Source of the DNA: Abditibacterium sp.
GTDB taxonomy: Bacteria; Armatimonadota; Abditibacteriia; Abditibacteriales; Abditibacteriaceae
Assembly: GCA_965199495.1 (NCBI GenBank)
Contig: CBDASK010000003.1
Coordinates: 4,512,001-4,576,000, forward strand
DNA length: 64,000 bases
Reading direction: 5' to 3'
Below are positions 18,921 through 28,080 of the stretch, piece by piece. The notes under the pieces were generated by a model. It was not told where the DNA came from, ran no database searches, and saw nothing but the letters and a program-made list of their open reading frames with translations. Both the position numbers and the translations under genes were made by a program. The stretch's first letter is position 1. Each line of letters starts with the position of its first letter.

Positions 18921-20039
18921 ATGCCAGTCAGTTCAATGAAAGACTTGCTCGAAGCGGGAGTTCACTTCGGGCATCACACGCGCAAGTGGAACCCCAAAAT
19001 GAAGCCGTATATCTACGGCGCGCGCAACGATATTTACATTATCGACCTCCACAAAACCCGCAAGAAACTCGAAGTCGCCTACGATAAAGTGCGCCAGATG
19101 GCCTACGAAGGCAAATCGTTCTTGTTCGTCGGCACCAAAAAGCAGGCGCAAGACGCCATCGCCGAAGCAGCCACGTCGTGCAACAGCTTTTACGTCAACC
19201 ATCGTTGGCTGGGCGGAATGCTCACCAACTGGAATACGGTGCAGTTGCGCATTGACCGCTTGAATCAAATCGACAAGATGAACGAGGACGGCACTTTGGC
19301 CAAGCTGGTCAAGAAAGAGCAGTTCCGCATCATGGAAGAGCGCGAAAAGCTCGACAACGTTTTGGGCGGCATCCGCACCATGACGAGCTTGCCCGACGTG
19401 ATTTTCATCATCGATTGCAAAAAGGAACATATCGCCATCAAAGAGGCGCACCGCCTGGAGATTCCGATTGTCGCCGTCGTTGATACCAACTGCGATCCGG
19501 AAGAAATTGATTACGTAATTCCCGGCAACGACGACGCGATTCGCGCCGTTTCGCTGATGGCCGACCAGATGGCGCAGGCGATTAACGAAGGTCGTTTGAT
19601 GGCGGAGAGCGTGCGCGAAGAGCGCGCCGGACAATTATCCGGTGCGGGCGCGGCGCACTTTGGCGGCGGACAGATCGACTATGTCGGCGCCGAGAACGTG
19701 CAGTTCTCGCCGGTTTCGACCGACGACGATGAATCTTCGTTTGAGGAAGAGATGGCGAAACCGTTAGGCGAAATGCCGCGCGACGCCAAAGGCGATACCG
19801 ACGTTGACGCTTCGGCACGCGCGACTGGCGGCATGAACGTCGGCGCGACTTCGCTGGGCGATGCCGCGATGTTCGAGCCAGCCGCGCAGACCACGACCGA
19901 CGAGAGCTTCGCCACGGGTGGCGCCACGGTTATCGACCAGCCAGTTGAGGGCAAGCCGACGCCGGACGCGGTTCCCGTTATCGAGAACGAAGGTGGCGCG
20001 GTTGACCGCGAAGTCAACAAAGCCGTCGCGAACGCGTAA
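18921..20039 (+). CDS. rpsB: 30S ribosomal protein S2 with long acidic C-terminal extension
   Basis: [48 protein letters not shown] upstream of ATG 18921. Confidence 0.97.
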   Translation: MPVSSMKDLLEAGVHFGHHTRKWNPKMKPYIYGARNDIYIIDLHKTRKKLEVAYDKVRQMAYEGKSFLFVGTKKQAQDAIAEAATSCNSFYVNHRWLGGMLTNWNTVQLRIDRLNQIDKMNEDGTLAKLVKKEQFRIMEEREKLDNVLGGIRTMTSLPDVIFIIDCKKEHIAIKEAHRLEIPIVAVVDTNCDPEEIDYVIPGNDDAIRAVSLMADQMAQAINEGRLMAESVREERAGQLSGAGAAHFGGGQIDYVGAENVQFSPVSTDDDESSFEEEMAKPLGEMPRDAKGDTDVDASARATGGMNVGATSLGDAAMFEPAAQTTTDESFATGGATVIDQPVEGKPTPDAVPVIENEGGAVDREVNKAVANA

Positions 20040-20063
20040 AATTTAGCAACCGCGAGTTGCTGT

Positions 20064-20222
20064 TTTCGCACGCGCTTGTCATTCTGAGCAAAGAGAGGAA
20101 CGAACGCAGTCGAAGAATCCATAACATTGTAATCTCCGCACACGTTTGTGGAATCCGTTACGTCATGGATTCTTCGACTGCGTTCGTTCCTCTCTTCGCT
20201 CAGAATGACAAAGCATGCGAAA
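20064..20222. repeat. Long intergenic inverted repeat (GTCATTCTGAG...CTCAGAATGAC family)
   Basis: About 60-bp near-perfect arms between rpsB and tsf. Confidence 0.85.
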
Positions 20223-20252
20223 TGGAAAAATACATAGGAGCAAAGAAGTAAA

Positions 20253-21107
20253 ATGGCGACAATTTCAGCCGCACAAGTCAAAGAACTGCGCGAGCGCACC
20301 GGCCTCGCTATGATGGATTGTAAGAAAGCGCTCGTTGATACCGATGGTGACATGGAAGCCGCCGTCGAGCATCTGCGCGAAAAGAACAAAAATCTCGTAG
20401 TGAAAAAAGCGGGCCGCGAAGCCAACGAAGGCGCCATCGGCGTGTTCGTCGTCGAAGATGGGCGTTCGGGCGCGATTATCGAGGTCAACTGCGAAACCGA
20501 TTTCGTGGCGAAAAACCCCGATTTCCGCGAACTGGCTTACGATTTGGCTTATCAAGCCGCTTTGTCGGGCGACGCCGATGTCGAGACGTTTCTGAGCAAA
20601 CCGTTCATCAAAGATGAAAAAGTCACGGTTCAGGAAAAAATCACTGAATACATGGGCAAGTTGGGCGAAAACATCGTCGTTGGTCGCTTTGCGACTGTCG
20701 GCGCGCAAAACGGCGTCATCGGTTCGTATGTCCACTCGGACGCCAAAAAAGGCGCGCTCATCGTGGCCGAAGGCGCCGATAGCGACGAAGCCAAAGAAGT
20801 CGCGCGCGACGTGGCGATGCAAGCCGTTGCGTTGCGCGCGCCTTATGTGAACCGCGAAAAAGTGCCGTCCGATGTCATCGAATCGGAAAAGGCATTGTAT
20901 CGCACGCAAGCCGCCGAAGAGGGCAAACCCGAAGCGATGCAAGACAAAATCGCCGAAGGACGCCTGAACAAATATTACGGCGAGAACACGTTGGCCGAAC
21001 AGAAGTTCATCAAAGACGAGAGCGGCAAAATGTCGGTTTCGGACGTGGCGAAACAAGCGGGCGTGACGATTGACGATTTCGTAAGATACGAAGTCGGTCA
21101 AAGCTAA
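20253..21107 (+). CDS. tsf: Translation elongation factor Ts
   Basis: VKELRERTG.MMDCKKAL, EVNCETDFVAKN; follows rpsB. Confidence 0.97.
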   Translation: MATISAAQVKELRERTGLAMMDCKKALVDTDGDMEAAVEHLREKNKNLVVKKAGREANEGAIGVFVVEDGRSGAIIEVNCETDFVAKNPDFRELAYDLAYQAALSGDADVETFLSKPFIKDEKVTVQEKITEYMGKLGENIVVGRFATVGAQNGVIGSYVHSDAKKGALIVAEGADSDEAKEVARDVAMQAVALRAPYVNREKVPSDVIESEKALYRTQAAEEGKPEAMQDKIAEGRLNKYYGENTLAEQKFIKDESGKMSVSDVAKQAGVTIDDFVRYEVGQS

Positions 21108-21122
21108 GGCTAACGACATTCC

Positions 21123-21166
21123 ATTAAAAAGAGCGAAGTTGCGATGCAACTTCGCTCTTTTTAATC
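21123..21166. terminator. Bidirectional intrinsic terminator after tsf
   Basis: TTAAAAAGAGCGAAGTTGC-GAT-GCAACTTCGCTCTTTTTAA perfect hairpin with A/T tracts. Confidence 0.85.
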
Positions 21167-21173
21167 GGGACTT

Positions 21174-21202
21174 ATGCAATCTTCTGCATTTAGATGTATA
21201 AT
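21174..21202 (+). promoter_or_regulatory. Candidate sigma-70 promoter for a small RNA
   Basis: ATGCAA-17 bp-TATAAT immediately upstream of the structured element, downstream of the tsf terminator. Confidence 0.5.
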
Positions 21203-21209
21203 TTCTATT

Positions 21210-21285
21210 GGAAATGGCCCGCTCTCCGAACTGTGACCTTCATGGATCGCGTGACTCGCAAGAGTATAGGAAGCGGGCCGAACTC
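21210..21285 (+). ncRNA. Putative DUF3800-associated structured RNA
   Basis: Closing stem GGCCCGCT(21216-23)/AGCGGGCC(21272-79), internal ACTC-GCAA-GAGT GNRA hairpin, located 3' of a DUF3800-like gene. Confidence 0.55.
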
Positions 21286-21297
21286 ATTTTAATCCCT

Positions 21298-21940
21298 TTA
21301 TTCTGGCCATCGGCGTATCCATATCTGACGGTGTTTGATAATCTGATGAAACTCGGTCGCGTTCTTTTTCGTTTTCATCTCAGCACGCGCGACGGCACCA
21401 CAGACCATATCTGCTAATTGAATCAGATTGTTGCTACTTGAACGTTGTGCAGCAACATCCTTAATAATTTTATGAGGCGAACTTGGGTCATTAAGACGCT
21501 TTTTCAAGTAGCTCGTTAACTCTACGCGAAATTCTCGGCCACCGCAAAGATCCATTTTAACACTCGCATTGTCGAGATGGGGCTTGGCTGCTTCAAAGAT
21601 TAATCCACAAACCCAGCGATAGAACGCTTCAGAACGCTTCTTTGGATTTAAAATCTATTTCGCGCAATTGAGTTTTGTCAATCACAAACGAGAAGTAGAA
21701 AAAGTTAAAAGGCGCGACCGCCTCCAAAAAAGCCCGACGAATCGCGTGGCTGTTCTCCTTGAAGTGAAATTCAAAATCGTCGCCTTTGTGCAGTTCGCGC
21801 CGTAAAAGCGCGATGCGTTTATCAGTCGCCTGAGCTTCATCGTGGTCTTCAAAAACGACCATCGCCACCGTTAGTATAGGACTGGAACCGGCGCCGATTT
21901 TGAAACCATTATCGCCCGATTCATCGAAAAATACCAGCAT
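21298..21940 (-). pseudogene. DUF3800-family (RNase H-like) gene frameshifted by a 10-bp tandem duplication
   Basis: N-terminal FFDESGD and C-terminal LIQLADMVCGAV motifs sit in two ORFs. Removing one copy of AGAACGCTTC (21621-21640) restores a single 210-aa ORF. Confidence 0.8.
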
Positions 21941-21955
21941 CGTACTTTGATCTCG

Positions 21956-22600
21956 TTAATTCACGTCTTCTTTTCGCCCCAGAAGATATTTGGCGGCGTG
22001 TTTGAAAACAGCTTCGATTTGCTCACTCGAAGCATTCTCAGAAAGAGTTAAGTTCAACTGAACCGAGACTTGTCCCTGTCCTGAACCACTTCTTTCATCG
22101 GGCGGCGAAAGCCGTTGAGTGCCCCGATCTAAACGATCGGTTGGGGGACGATTAGCAGCCACGTCCTCAACCGAAACCGGCTCGGCTTCAAAATCTGAGA
22201 GGGAACAGAGCATTTTAAAAACGCTAACCATTGCACCAACCATTCTCATAGCAGCGTCGGTGTGCGCGCCGATATAATTTTGGATTTCTTTGTCTGACCT
22301 ATTGGGAGCGTCCGGGTAAGCGTCGAACAAACCGGAGTAAGCCTCACGAATAATTTGAGCCATAGAAGCTCCGTATTTTTCTTGGTCGCGTAAAGCGCGC
22401 CACTTCTCTGTGGGTATTCCCGCATCGTCAATCAAACCCAAGAATTTTAAAGTAGGGATAATAGTGCGGTCATTAGTGCTTTTGAGACCACGCTCTTCCA
22501 AAGTCTTGACAATGAGCTTATCAGGAGTTTTTATCGTCGGAATGTCTTTGAGAAATTGCTGCATCCGACCAACGGACAACGAGTAGGGAAATTCAGCCAT
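21956..22600 (-). CDS. DUF5343-like protein (winged-helix-type, defence-associated)
   Basis: P.K.....L...G.KS.NDR.IIP.LKFLGLID..G.PT..W pattern recalled for DUF5343. Confidence 0.65.
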   Translation of the reverse strand: MAEFPYSLSVGRMQQFLKDIPTIKTPDKLIVKTLEERGLKSTNDRTIIPTLKFLGLIDDAGIPTEKWRALRDQEKYGASMAQIIREAYSGLFDAYPDAPNRSDKEIQNYIGAHTDAAMRMVGAMVSVFKMLCSLSDFEAEPVSVEDVAANRPPTDRLDRGTQRLSPPDERSGSGQGQVSVQLNLTLSENASSEQIEAVFKHAAKYLLGRKEDVN

Positions 22601-22637
22601 GTTAAATTTGATTGATTACCAATCAACCTCAAAGGAC

Positions 22638-22666
22638 ATTATAAAGCACGACATAATGATTGTCAA
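22638..22666 (-). promoter_or_regulatory. Consensus sigma-70 promoter of the DUF5343-DUF3800 operon
   Basis: Minus strand TTGACA-17 bp-TATAAT, perfect consensus. Confidence 0.75.
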
Positions 22667-22756
22667 TGATTTTAACCATATTTTTCAGAGTTTTTATTTT
22701 AGCTCTAAACTCTGAAATTGCCAGAAAAAGTATATTAACAGGCATTCGCTTTAATT

Positions 22757-23404
22757 ATGATTCAACTCATCGTCGCCCGCTACAACGAAGATTTAGCGTG
22801 GCTCAACAACATTCCGCCGCAAATTACGCCGCGCGTTTACGATAAATCGCCTAACGGCAATTTGCCAAACGTCGGGCGCGAGGCGCACACTTATCTGCAT
22901 CACATCTGCGAAAATTACGATAACCTCGCCGATTTTACCATTTTCGCGCAGGGCAAACCGTTCGATCACGCGTTCGATTTTCATAAAACTCTACGCGCCC
23001 TAACAGCAGCCACGCCGGACAAGTCGGGGTTTCGTTGGCTCGGCCACATTATCGATACCGACGACGAAAATGGCGCGCGTTTGTTTGCGACGTGGAGCAA
23101 AAGTAAGGGCGACGAACGTTTGGACATGAACGGATTTCATCGCGCGCTATTTGGCATTGATGGGCCAGCGACTTACACCTTTGTGTTGGGCGCGCAATTC
23201 ATCGCGTCGCGCGATTTGATTCGGTTGCGTTCGCTCGCGTTTTGGCGAAATGCGCTGCAAATTTCGATTGATTTCCCCGATGCGGCTCATTGTTTCGAGC
23301 GCAATTGGGATCGCGTCTTCGGCGTGGCTGGTATTAATCGAGATTGGCTCGATGGGCGCGAAACGGTTTATCTCAAGCCAATTCGGCGTTTAGAAAACAC
23401 CTAA
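22757..23404 (+). CDS. DUF3431-family protein
   Basis: VARYNEDLAWL, PNVGREAHTYLHHI..NYD.L....F.QG.PFDH, FER.W motifs. Confidence 0.75.
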   Translation: MIQLIVARYNEDLAWLNNIPPQITPRVYDKSPNGNLPNVGREAHTYLHHICENYDNLADFTIFAQGKPFDHAFDFHKTLRALTAATPDKSGFRWLGHIIDTDDENGARLFATWSKSKGDERLDMNGFHRALFGIDGPATYTFVLGAQFIASRDLIRLRSLAFWRNALQISIDFPDAAHCFERNWDRVFGVAGINRDWLDGRETVYLKPIRRLENT

Positions 23405-23435
23405 ATTTAGAAGAGATTAAGACGAAATATCGCTC

Positions 23436-23831
23436 CTATAGCCGCCCCAAAGCGCGTCGCAGACGCCGCCATAATGAAACGCGTGGCGGCGCGGGCGGCG
23501 GAATAAAAACGGCATTTTCACGCATGCGATTCGGCTCCCATTTTTCGCGCAAACCTCGCACGATTTGACGCGCGATGATCGGCCAGTCCTTCTCCTCGAC
23601 GCCGGGATAATAGTGCCAATGATGATTGCGCGCATCAATCCATTGATCCCAAAAGTTGTAGGCGATGCCCAAACGGTGCGCGCCAATTTCGTCTCGTTTT
23701 TCGTCCAGCCTCCAATCGGGAGCATCGTCAAAACCTCCGCCAATTTCGTTGAAACGTCCCGCTTCGTGCGCGGCGATGTCGCGCTCTAAATGGCGCGCAA
23801 AATAATTGGCGGTATAATCGTAATGGGACAC
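23436..23831 (-). CDS. Hypothetical protein
   Basis: 131-aa ORF filling the gap; FWD.WIDARNH.W..YPG motif. Confidence 0.5.
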   Translation of the reverse strand: MSHYDYTANYFARHLERDIAAHEAGRFNEIGGGFDDAPDWRLDEKRDEIGAHRLGIAYNFWDQWIDARNHHWHYYPGVEEKDWPIIARQIVRGLREKWEPNRMRENAVFIPPPAPPRVSLWRRLRRALGRL

Positions 23832-23860
23832 GACTTTATTTTATTAAACTTTAGTTTTAT

Positions 23861-25306
23861 TTGATGCCGTTTCCCCTGCCCGACAATTCGCGCTCGTTGC
23901 CGATTCCCGATGAACTTCGCGAAACCCTGGCGCCCGCCCGCGTCGCGCTATTCGAGTGGACGGATTATTTCTTTCACTGGCACCATGCCGACGCGCTCGA
24001 TGTGGACGGGCGCCGCATCGAACCGATTGCGCCGGGCGTGTTTCGCGTGCGTTGGGAAAACGCCTTGGGGCTGGCGAGTTTGACGCCGCTTCTGCAAAAT
24101 GAGCCGTTGGAAGCGCCGTTGTGGGTCGAAGTTTTGTCGCCCAAATTTCCGACGCCCGCCCAACACGTCGCGTTTTTGCGCGGATTGTTGGAGCGATTGT
24201 TCGCGTTATGGCCACATCTGATCTGGCACGCGACAGCAGCCACGGCGCGCGGGACGCGGGAATCAACGCGCCCAATGTCGGCGCCCGAAACGCTCGATTG
24301 GGCATTACGTGTAGGTGACGAATTAACGCGAACATTAGCGGCGATTGCCCGCCAACCCACACGCGATTGGGTTGAGCATCACGCAGATTTTTCGCCCGCG
24401 CAGGTCAGCGAATTGAACGCGTCGCAACTTTCGGTTTTAGCGAGCGAAGGCGCGCGCTGGCAACGCGTCTCGCGCGGTGCAATCGTCGGCGCAATGGCAC
24501 CGGCGCGCGTGCCGCAAACGCGTAAAAATCAGAGTTTCGATAACGCCGATAATCGCGGCGCCCTCACATTTGTCCAAGCGCTCGAACGCGCTTTAACTGA
24601 AACGAAACAAACGCAATGGTGGCGCGCGCTAAATCCCAATCAGCGCGCGCGCCTTGATGAATTATCGCGCGAATTGAACGGTTTTCGCGCCCATTTTCCG
24701 CAACCCATCGGCGCGATGCGGGCGCCGTGGCTGCTGCGCGCGGCGACTTATCGGGCGCTGTGGCAAATCGAACAAAGTTGGCGCGGCGCGGGCGCGCCAG
24801 TCTGGGAAAACGCCGCGCGATTGGCGCGCGTGCGAGACATCGCGACGTTGTGGGAACTGCACGTTTTCTTCGATTTGGTTACACGCATCGAACGCGTGTT
24901 TGCGCAACAGGCGCGCTTAGAAGCCAATTGGGACGAACAGCGCGGATTGTTAGCGCCCTCGCGCGCGTGTTTTGGCGATTACACGCTGACTTTCAACGGC
25001 CCAGCGCCCTCGTATTCGACGCCTTTGCGGCCCGATTATCTGTGGTCGCGCGGTGACAAAGCCATCGCCGCGTTCGACGCCAAGTTTCGCTTTGACGCCA
25101 TCGGCGGAACCGGGCGCGGCGCCGATTTGCACAAAATGCACGCTTACCGCGACGCGCTAAACGTGAGCGCGGCCATCGCGATACATCCCGGCGCGCAGAC
25201 GACGTTTTTCGACCGCGAACGCGGCCCAATTGTGCGCGTGCCGTTGCGCGCGATTCTCGAAAGTCAGGCGGCGGGCGTGGGATTATGGGGATGGGCTACG
25301 AATTAA
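23861..25306 (+). CDS. McrC-like DUF2357/PD-(D/E)xK nuclease
   Basis: RPDY...FDAKFR...DLHKMHAYRDAL C-terminal nuclease motifs; adjacent to an McrB-like gene. Confidence 0.75.
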   Translation: MMPFPLPDNSRSLPIPDELRETLAPARVALFEWTDYFFHWHHADALDVDGRRIEPIAPGVFRVRWENALGLASLTPLLQNEPLEAPLWVEVLSPKFPTPAQHVAFLRGLLERLFALWPHLIWHATAATARGTRESTRPMSAPETLDWALRVGDELTRTLAAIARQPTRDWVEHHADFSPAQVSELNASQLSVLASEGARWQRVSRGAIVGAMAPARVPQTRKNQSFDNADNRGALTFVQALERALTETKQTQWWRALNPNQRARLDELSRELNGFRAHFPQPIGAMRAPWLLRAATYRALWQIEQSWRGAGAPVWENAARLARVRDIATLWELHVFFDLVTRIERVFAQQARLEANWDEQRGLLAPSRACFGDYTLTFNGPAPSYSTPLRPDYLWSRGDKAIAAFDAKFRFDAIGGTGRGADLHKMHAYRDALNVSAAIAIHPGAQTTFFDRERGPIVRVPLRAILESQAAGVGLWGWATN

Positions 25307-25383
25307 TTCGTGCCTCGAATTGACTCAGACCGACGCAATTCAAAATACACTCAAGAGCGCGCTTCTTTGCGCGTGACTTTCTC

Positions 25384-27228
25384 TTGCCTTCTCCCAAAAC
25401 TCCTTTCGACCGCAACGACGCCGATAGCGCGCGGGCCGTCGCGCGCAAACTGATTCCCGACCCGAAGGCGCGCCGTCGCGCGCTCGAATTTTTGCGCGAT
25501 GGCATCGCGCGCGCGCACGCCATTGACGCGGCCAGTTGGGGCGTGACATTGGCGCCCAGTCGCATTCGTTTCAACGTGGGGCGCGGCAGTCGTCTGACAA
25601 TTGCGCCCGATGCGCTCGAATGGAAAGGTCACGAAAGCGCGAAAATCGAAACCGAAAGCGATGTCAAAATGCCCGACGATTGGCTCAACGCGTTAGAAAT
25701 CGAGGCGAGCGAATTCGAGGGCGCTTGGTTTTCCAATCCGGCGTGGCGCCAGGCGCATTCGCCGGGCGTTTTGAAACTGCTGGAAGAAGAGTTCGGCCAG
25801 CCGATGCCCACGCCCGATTACGCGCCACAAAATGTGGAGTCCGACGAAAACTCAGATTGGAAAGCGACGCTGCAAAACGTGATTGTAAGCGCCGATTTGC
25901 GGCTCGATGCGAATTACTTGGCGACGTTTTTCACCGCGCTCCAACTCAAAGGTTTCGCGGTTTTGAGCGGCCTGAGCGGGACGGGAAAAACGCGCTTGGC
26001 GACGAGTTTCGCGGCGCTATTGCCGCAACCGGGCGCGAGCGAAACGCAGGCGCACTTGGACGAAAATTTCGCCGTCAACGGGCGTTTGCATCTGCCCGCG
26101 CCCGCCGCGCGTTTGCTGAGCGGCGCGCGCGCGACTGTCACCTGCGAAGGCGCGGCGCATCCGGCGAAAATCGAAAAAAATTCTCTCGTTCTGCGCGGCG
26201 CTGGGCGCAAATGCGCCCTGAAATTGTTTGGAGAAGGCGCGCCCATCGGCGTCGAAAGCGAGTGGGACGACGCGGGCTACGCCAATTTCCGCTTGTTGCC
26301 GCTCGCGCCCAATGAAACGCCGAGCAATCATTTGTTCGTGCCGGTGCGGCCCGATTGGAGCGACGGCAAAGCGCTGTTAGGCTACTTCAACCCGCTGTTG
26401 TCGCGCTACGAATGGACGCCATTTCTCCGATTTCTGCTGCGCGCCGACGCCGGTTTTCGCGCCAACGACGGCATCGCTTATTTCGTGATTTTGGACGAGA
26501 TGAACTTGGCGCGCGCCGAACATTATTTCGCCGATTTGCTCTCGATTACAGAAAGCGGGCGCGATCAAATGGGCCGCACGCGCGAGCCGCTACGCTTCGA
26601 GTTCGACGCGCGCGCGAGTGGCGATTTGCCGCCGCGCGAATTGCGGTTGCCGCCCAATTTATATTTCGTCGGCACGCTCAACGCCGACGAAACGACTTAC
26701 GCGCTGTCGCCGAAAGTTTTGGATCGCGCGTGGATGCTGCAAGCGCCGCCCGTTGATTTTTGCGATTACCCGCCCAACATCGCCGCGCCCGCTGATGCAG
26801 CCACGGCGCCCGTGGCTGCATTGGCGCGCGTCGAGTTAAATCGCGTTTTCACACGCGACGGCCAGTTCGCGCGCGAAGATAAATCGTTAGTCGCGCGCGA
26901 ATTGGAAGCGCAACCCAAATGGCGCGACGATTTGCAAATTTTGAACGAACAATTGCAAGCGCACGACGCCGGTTTCGGCTATCGCGTCTTCGACGAAATC
27001 GTCGCGTTTTGCGCGTTATCGCGCCAGAGCGGCGCGTTTGAATCGGTCGAAATCGCCTTCGATTGCGCCGTGTGCGCCAAAATCCTTCCGCGATTAAGCG
27101 GCGCGCGCAATTCAGTTGAAGCGCCGCTGCAAATTATCGCGAGTTGGGCCAGTGAACGCGATTTGCGTCAAACGGTGGAGGCGGCAAATCGGCAAATCGC
27201 GAAGTTGGAGCGCGTGGGTTGGTTATAA
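25384..27228 (+). CDS. McrB-like AAA+ NTPase
   Basis: Walker A GLSGTGKT, VRPDW, Walker B ILDEMNLAR, GTLNADET (NxxD), SPKVLDRA. Confidence 0.8.
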   Translation: MPSPKTPFDRNDADSARAVARKLIPDPKARRRALEFLRDGIARAHAIDAASWGVTLAPSRIRFNVGRGSRLTIAPDALEWKGHESAKIETESDVKMPDDWLNALEIEASEFEGAWFSNPAWRQAHSPGVLKLLEEEFGQPMPTPDYAPQNVESDENSDWKATLQNVIVSADLRLDANYLATFFTALQLKGFAVLSGLSGTGKTRLATSFAALLPQPGASETQAHLDENFAVNGRLHLPAPAARLLSGARATVTCEGAAHPAKIEKNSLVLRGAGRKCALKLFGEGAPIGVESEWDDAGYANFRLLPLAPNETPSNHLFVPVRPDWSDGKALLGYFNPLLSRYEWTPFLRFLLRADAGFRANDGIAYFVILDEMNLARAEHYFADLLSITESGRDQMGRTREPLRFEFDARASGDLPPRELRLPPNLYFVGTLNADETTYALSPKVLDRAWMLQAPPVDFCDYPPNIAAPADAATAPVAALARVELNRVFTRDGQFAREDKSLVARELEAQPKWRDDLQILNEQLQAHDAGFGYRVFDEIVAFCALSRQSGAFESVEIAFDCAVCAKILPRLSGARNSVEAPLQIIASWASERDLRQTVEAANRQIAKLERVGWL

Positions 27229-27249
27229 TTTGGGTTAAATATCAGACCA

Positions 27250-27684
27250 ATGTTCGAGAATTTGATTACCGTTAGCGAAACGCCCGCTTGGTATAACTAC
27301 AAATATCTGGCGCGTCTTATCGCGCGTAACGAGCGCAAGAGTTATTATCTGAGTTGCTGGCGTTTATTATCCGATCAGCGCCGCCAAGACCGCGAACAAT
27401 TGGAAGATCATCAGGCACTCAACTGGAAATGCGAAGTGGAAAAAGCGCAAGCCGAAGAGTGGCTGAATTTGTTGCGTTATCAAAGCATTATTGTTGCGCC
27501 CTCGCCGCCCAGTGAGCAAGAGCGCGACGGCAGTATTTTTAGTTTCGCGTGGGAAGAACGCAATCAGCGATTACAATTGAATTGGCACAACGATACTCCC
27601 GTTGGATGGGAAGTTGCGGGAGTAGTGACTCAATTGATGCTCGAAATCGCCGAAGCGCACGCGCCCGATGAAGCAAAAATCTAA
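27250..27684 (+). CDS. Hypothetical protein
   Basis: 144-aa ORF, co-oriented, lower GC. Confidence 0.5.
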   Translation: MFENLITVSETPAWYNYKYLARLIARNERKSYYLSCWRLLSDQRRQDREQLEDHQALNWKCEVEKAQAEEWLNLLRYQSIIVAPSPPSEQERDGSIFSFAWEERNQRLQLNWHNDTPVGWEVAGVVTQLMLEIAEAHAPDEAKI

Positions 27685-28033
27685 GACTCCGCTAATTATG
27701 CCAAAACCCCAATGGGCGCAATTCGCCTTTGATGAATTGCACGCGGGGCGCGATGTTCAAGTCAGGCCGCGCGGACATTCGATGACTGGGCGGATTAATG
27801 ATAGCGACTTGGTGACAATTGCGCCGTGTCGCGCGCAAAATTTGGAGGCGGGCGATATTGTGCTGGCGCGAGTGCGAGGGCGAAGATTTTCGCATTTGGT
27901 GTTGCATCTAATTCACGAGCGAGAAGAAAATAAGTTTTTGATTGGCAGCAACCACGGCAGGTTGGATGGCTGGATTGGAATTGACGATATTTTCGGTAAT
28001 GTCAGCGCCATTGAAGAACAGAGCGACGAATAA
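27668..28033 (+). CDS. S24/S26 peptidase-like small protein
   Basis: RPRGHSM..RI...DLV, GDIVL, HLI motifs. Confidence 0.6.
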   Translation: MKQKSKTPLIMPKPQWAQFAFDELHAGRDVQVRPRGHSMTGRINDSDLVTIAPCRAQNLEAGDIVLARVRGRRFSHLVLHLIHEREENKFLIGSNHGRLDGWIGIDDIFGNVSAIEEQSDE

Positions 28034-28080
28034 TTTTTCGTCTTGTCACCCGCGCCTCAACTCTTACACTGTTGGGCGCT

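Noticed and set aside
21210..21285. tRNA or tRNA fragment (att site)
   Set aside because: No TTC T-loop/D-loop cloverleaf or CCA end in the right register; treated as a different structured RNA.
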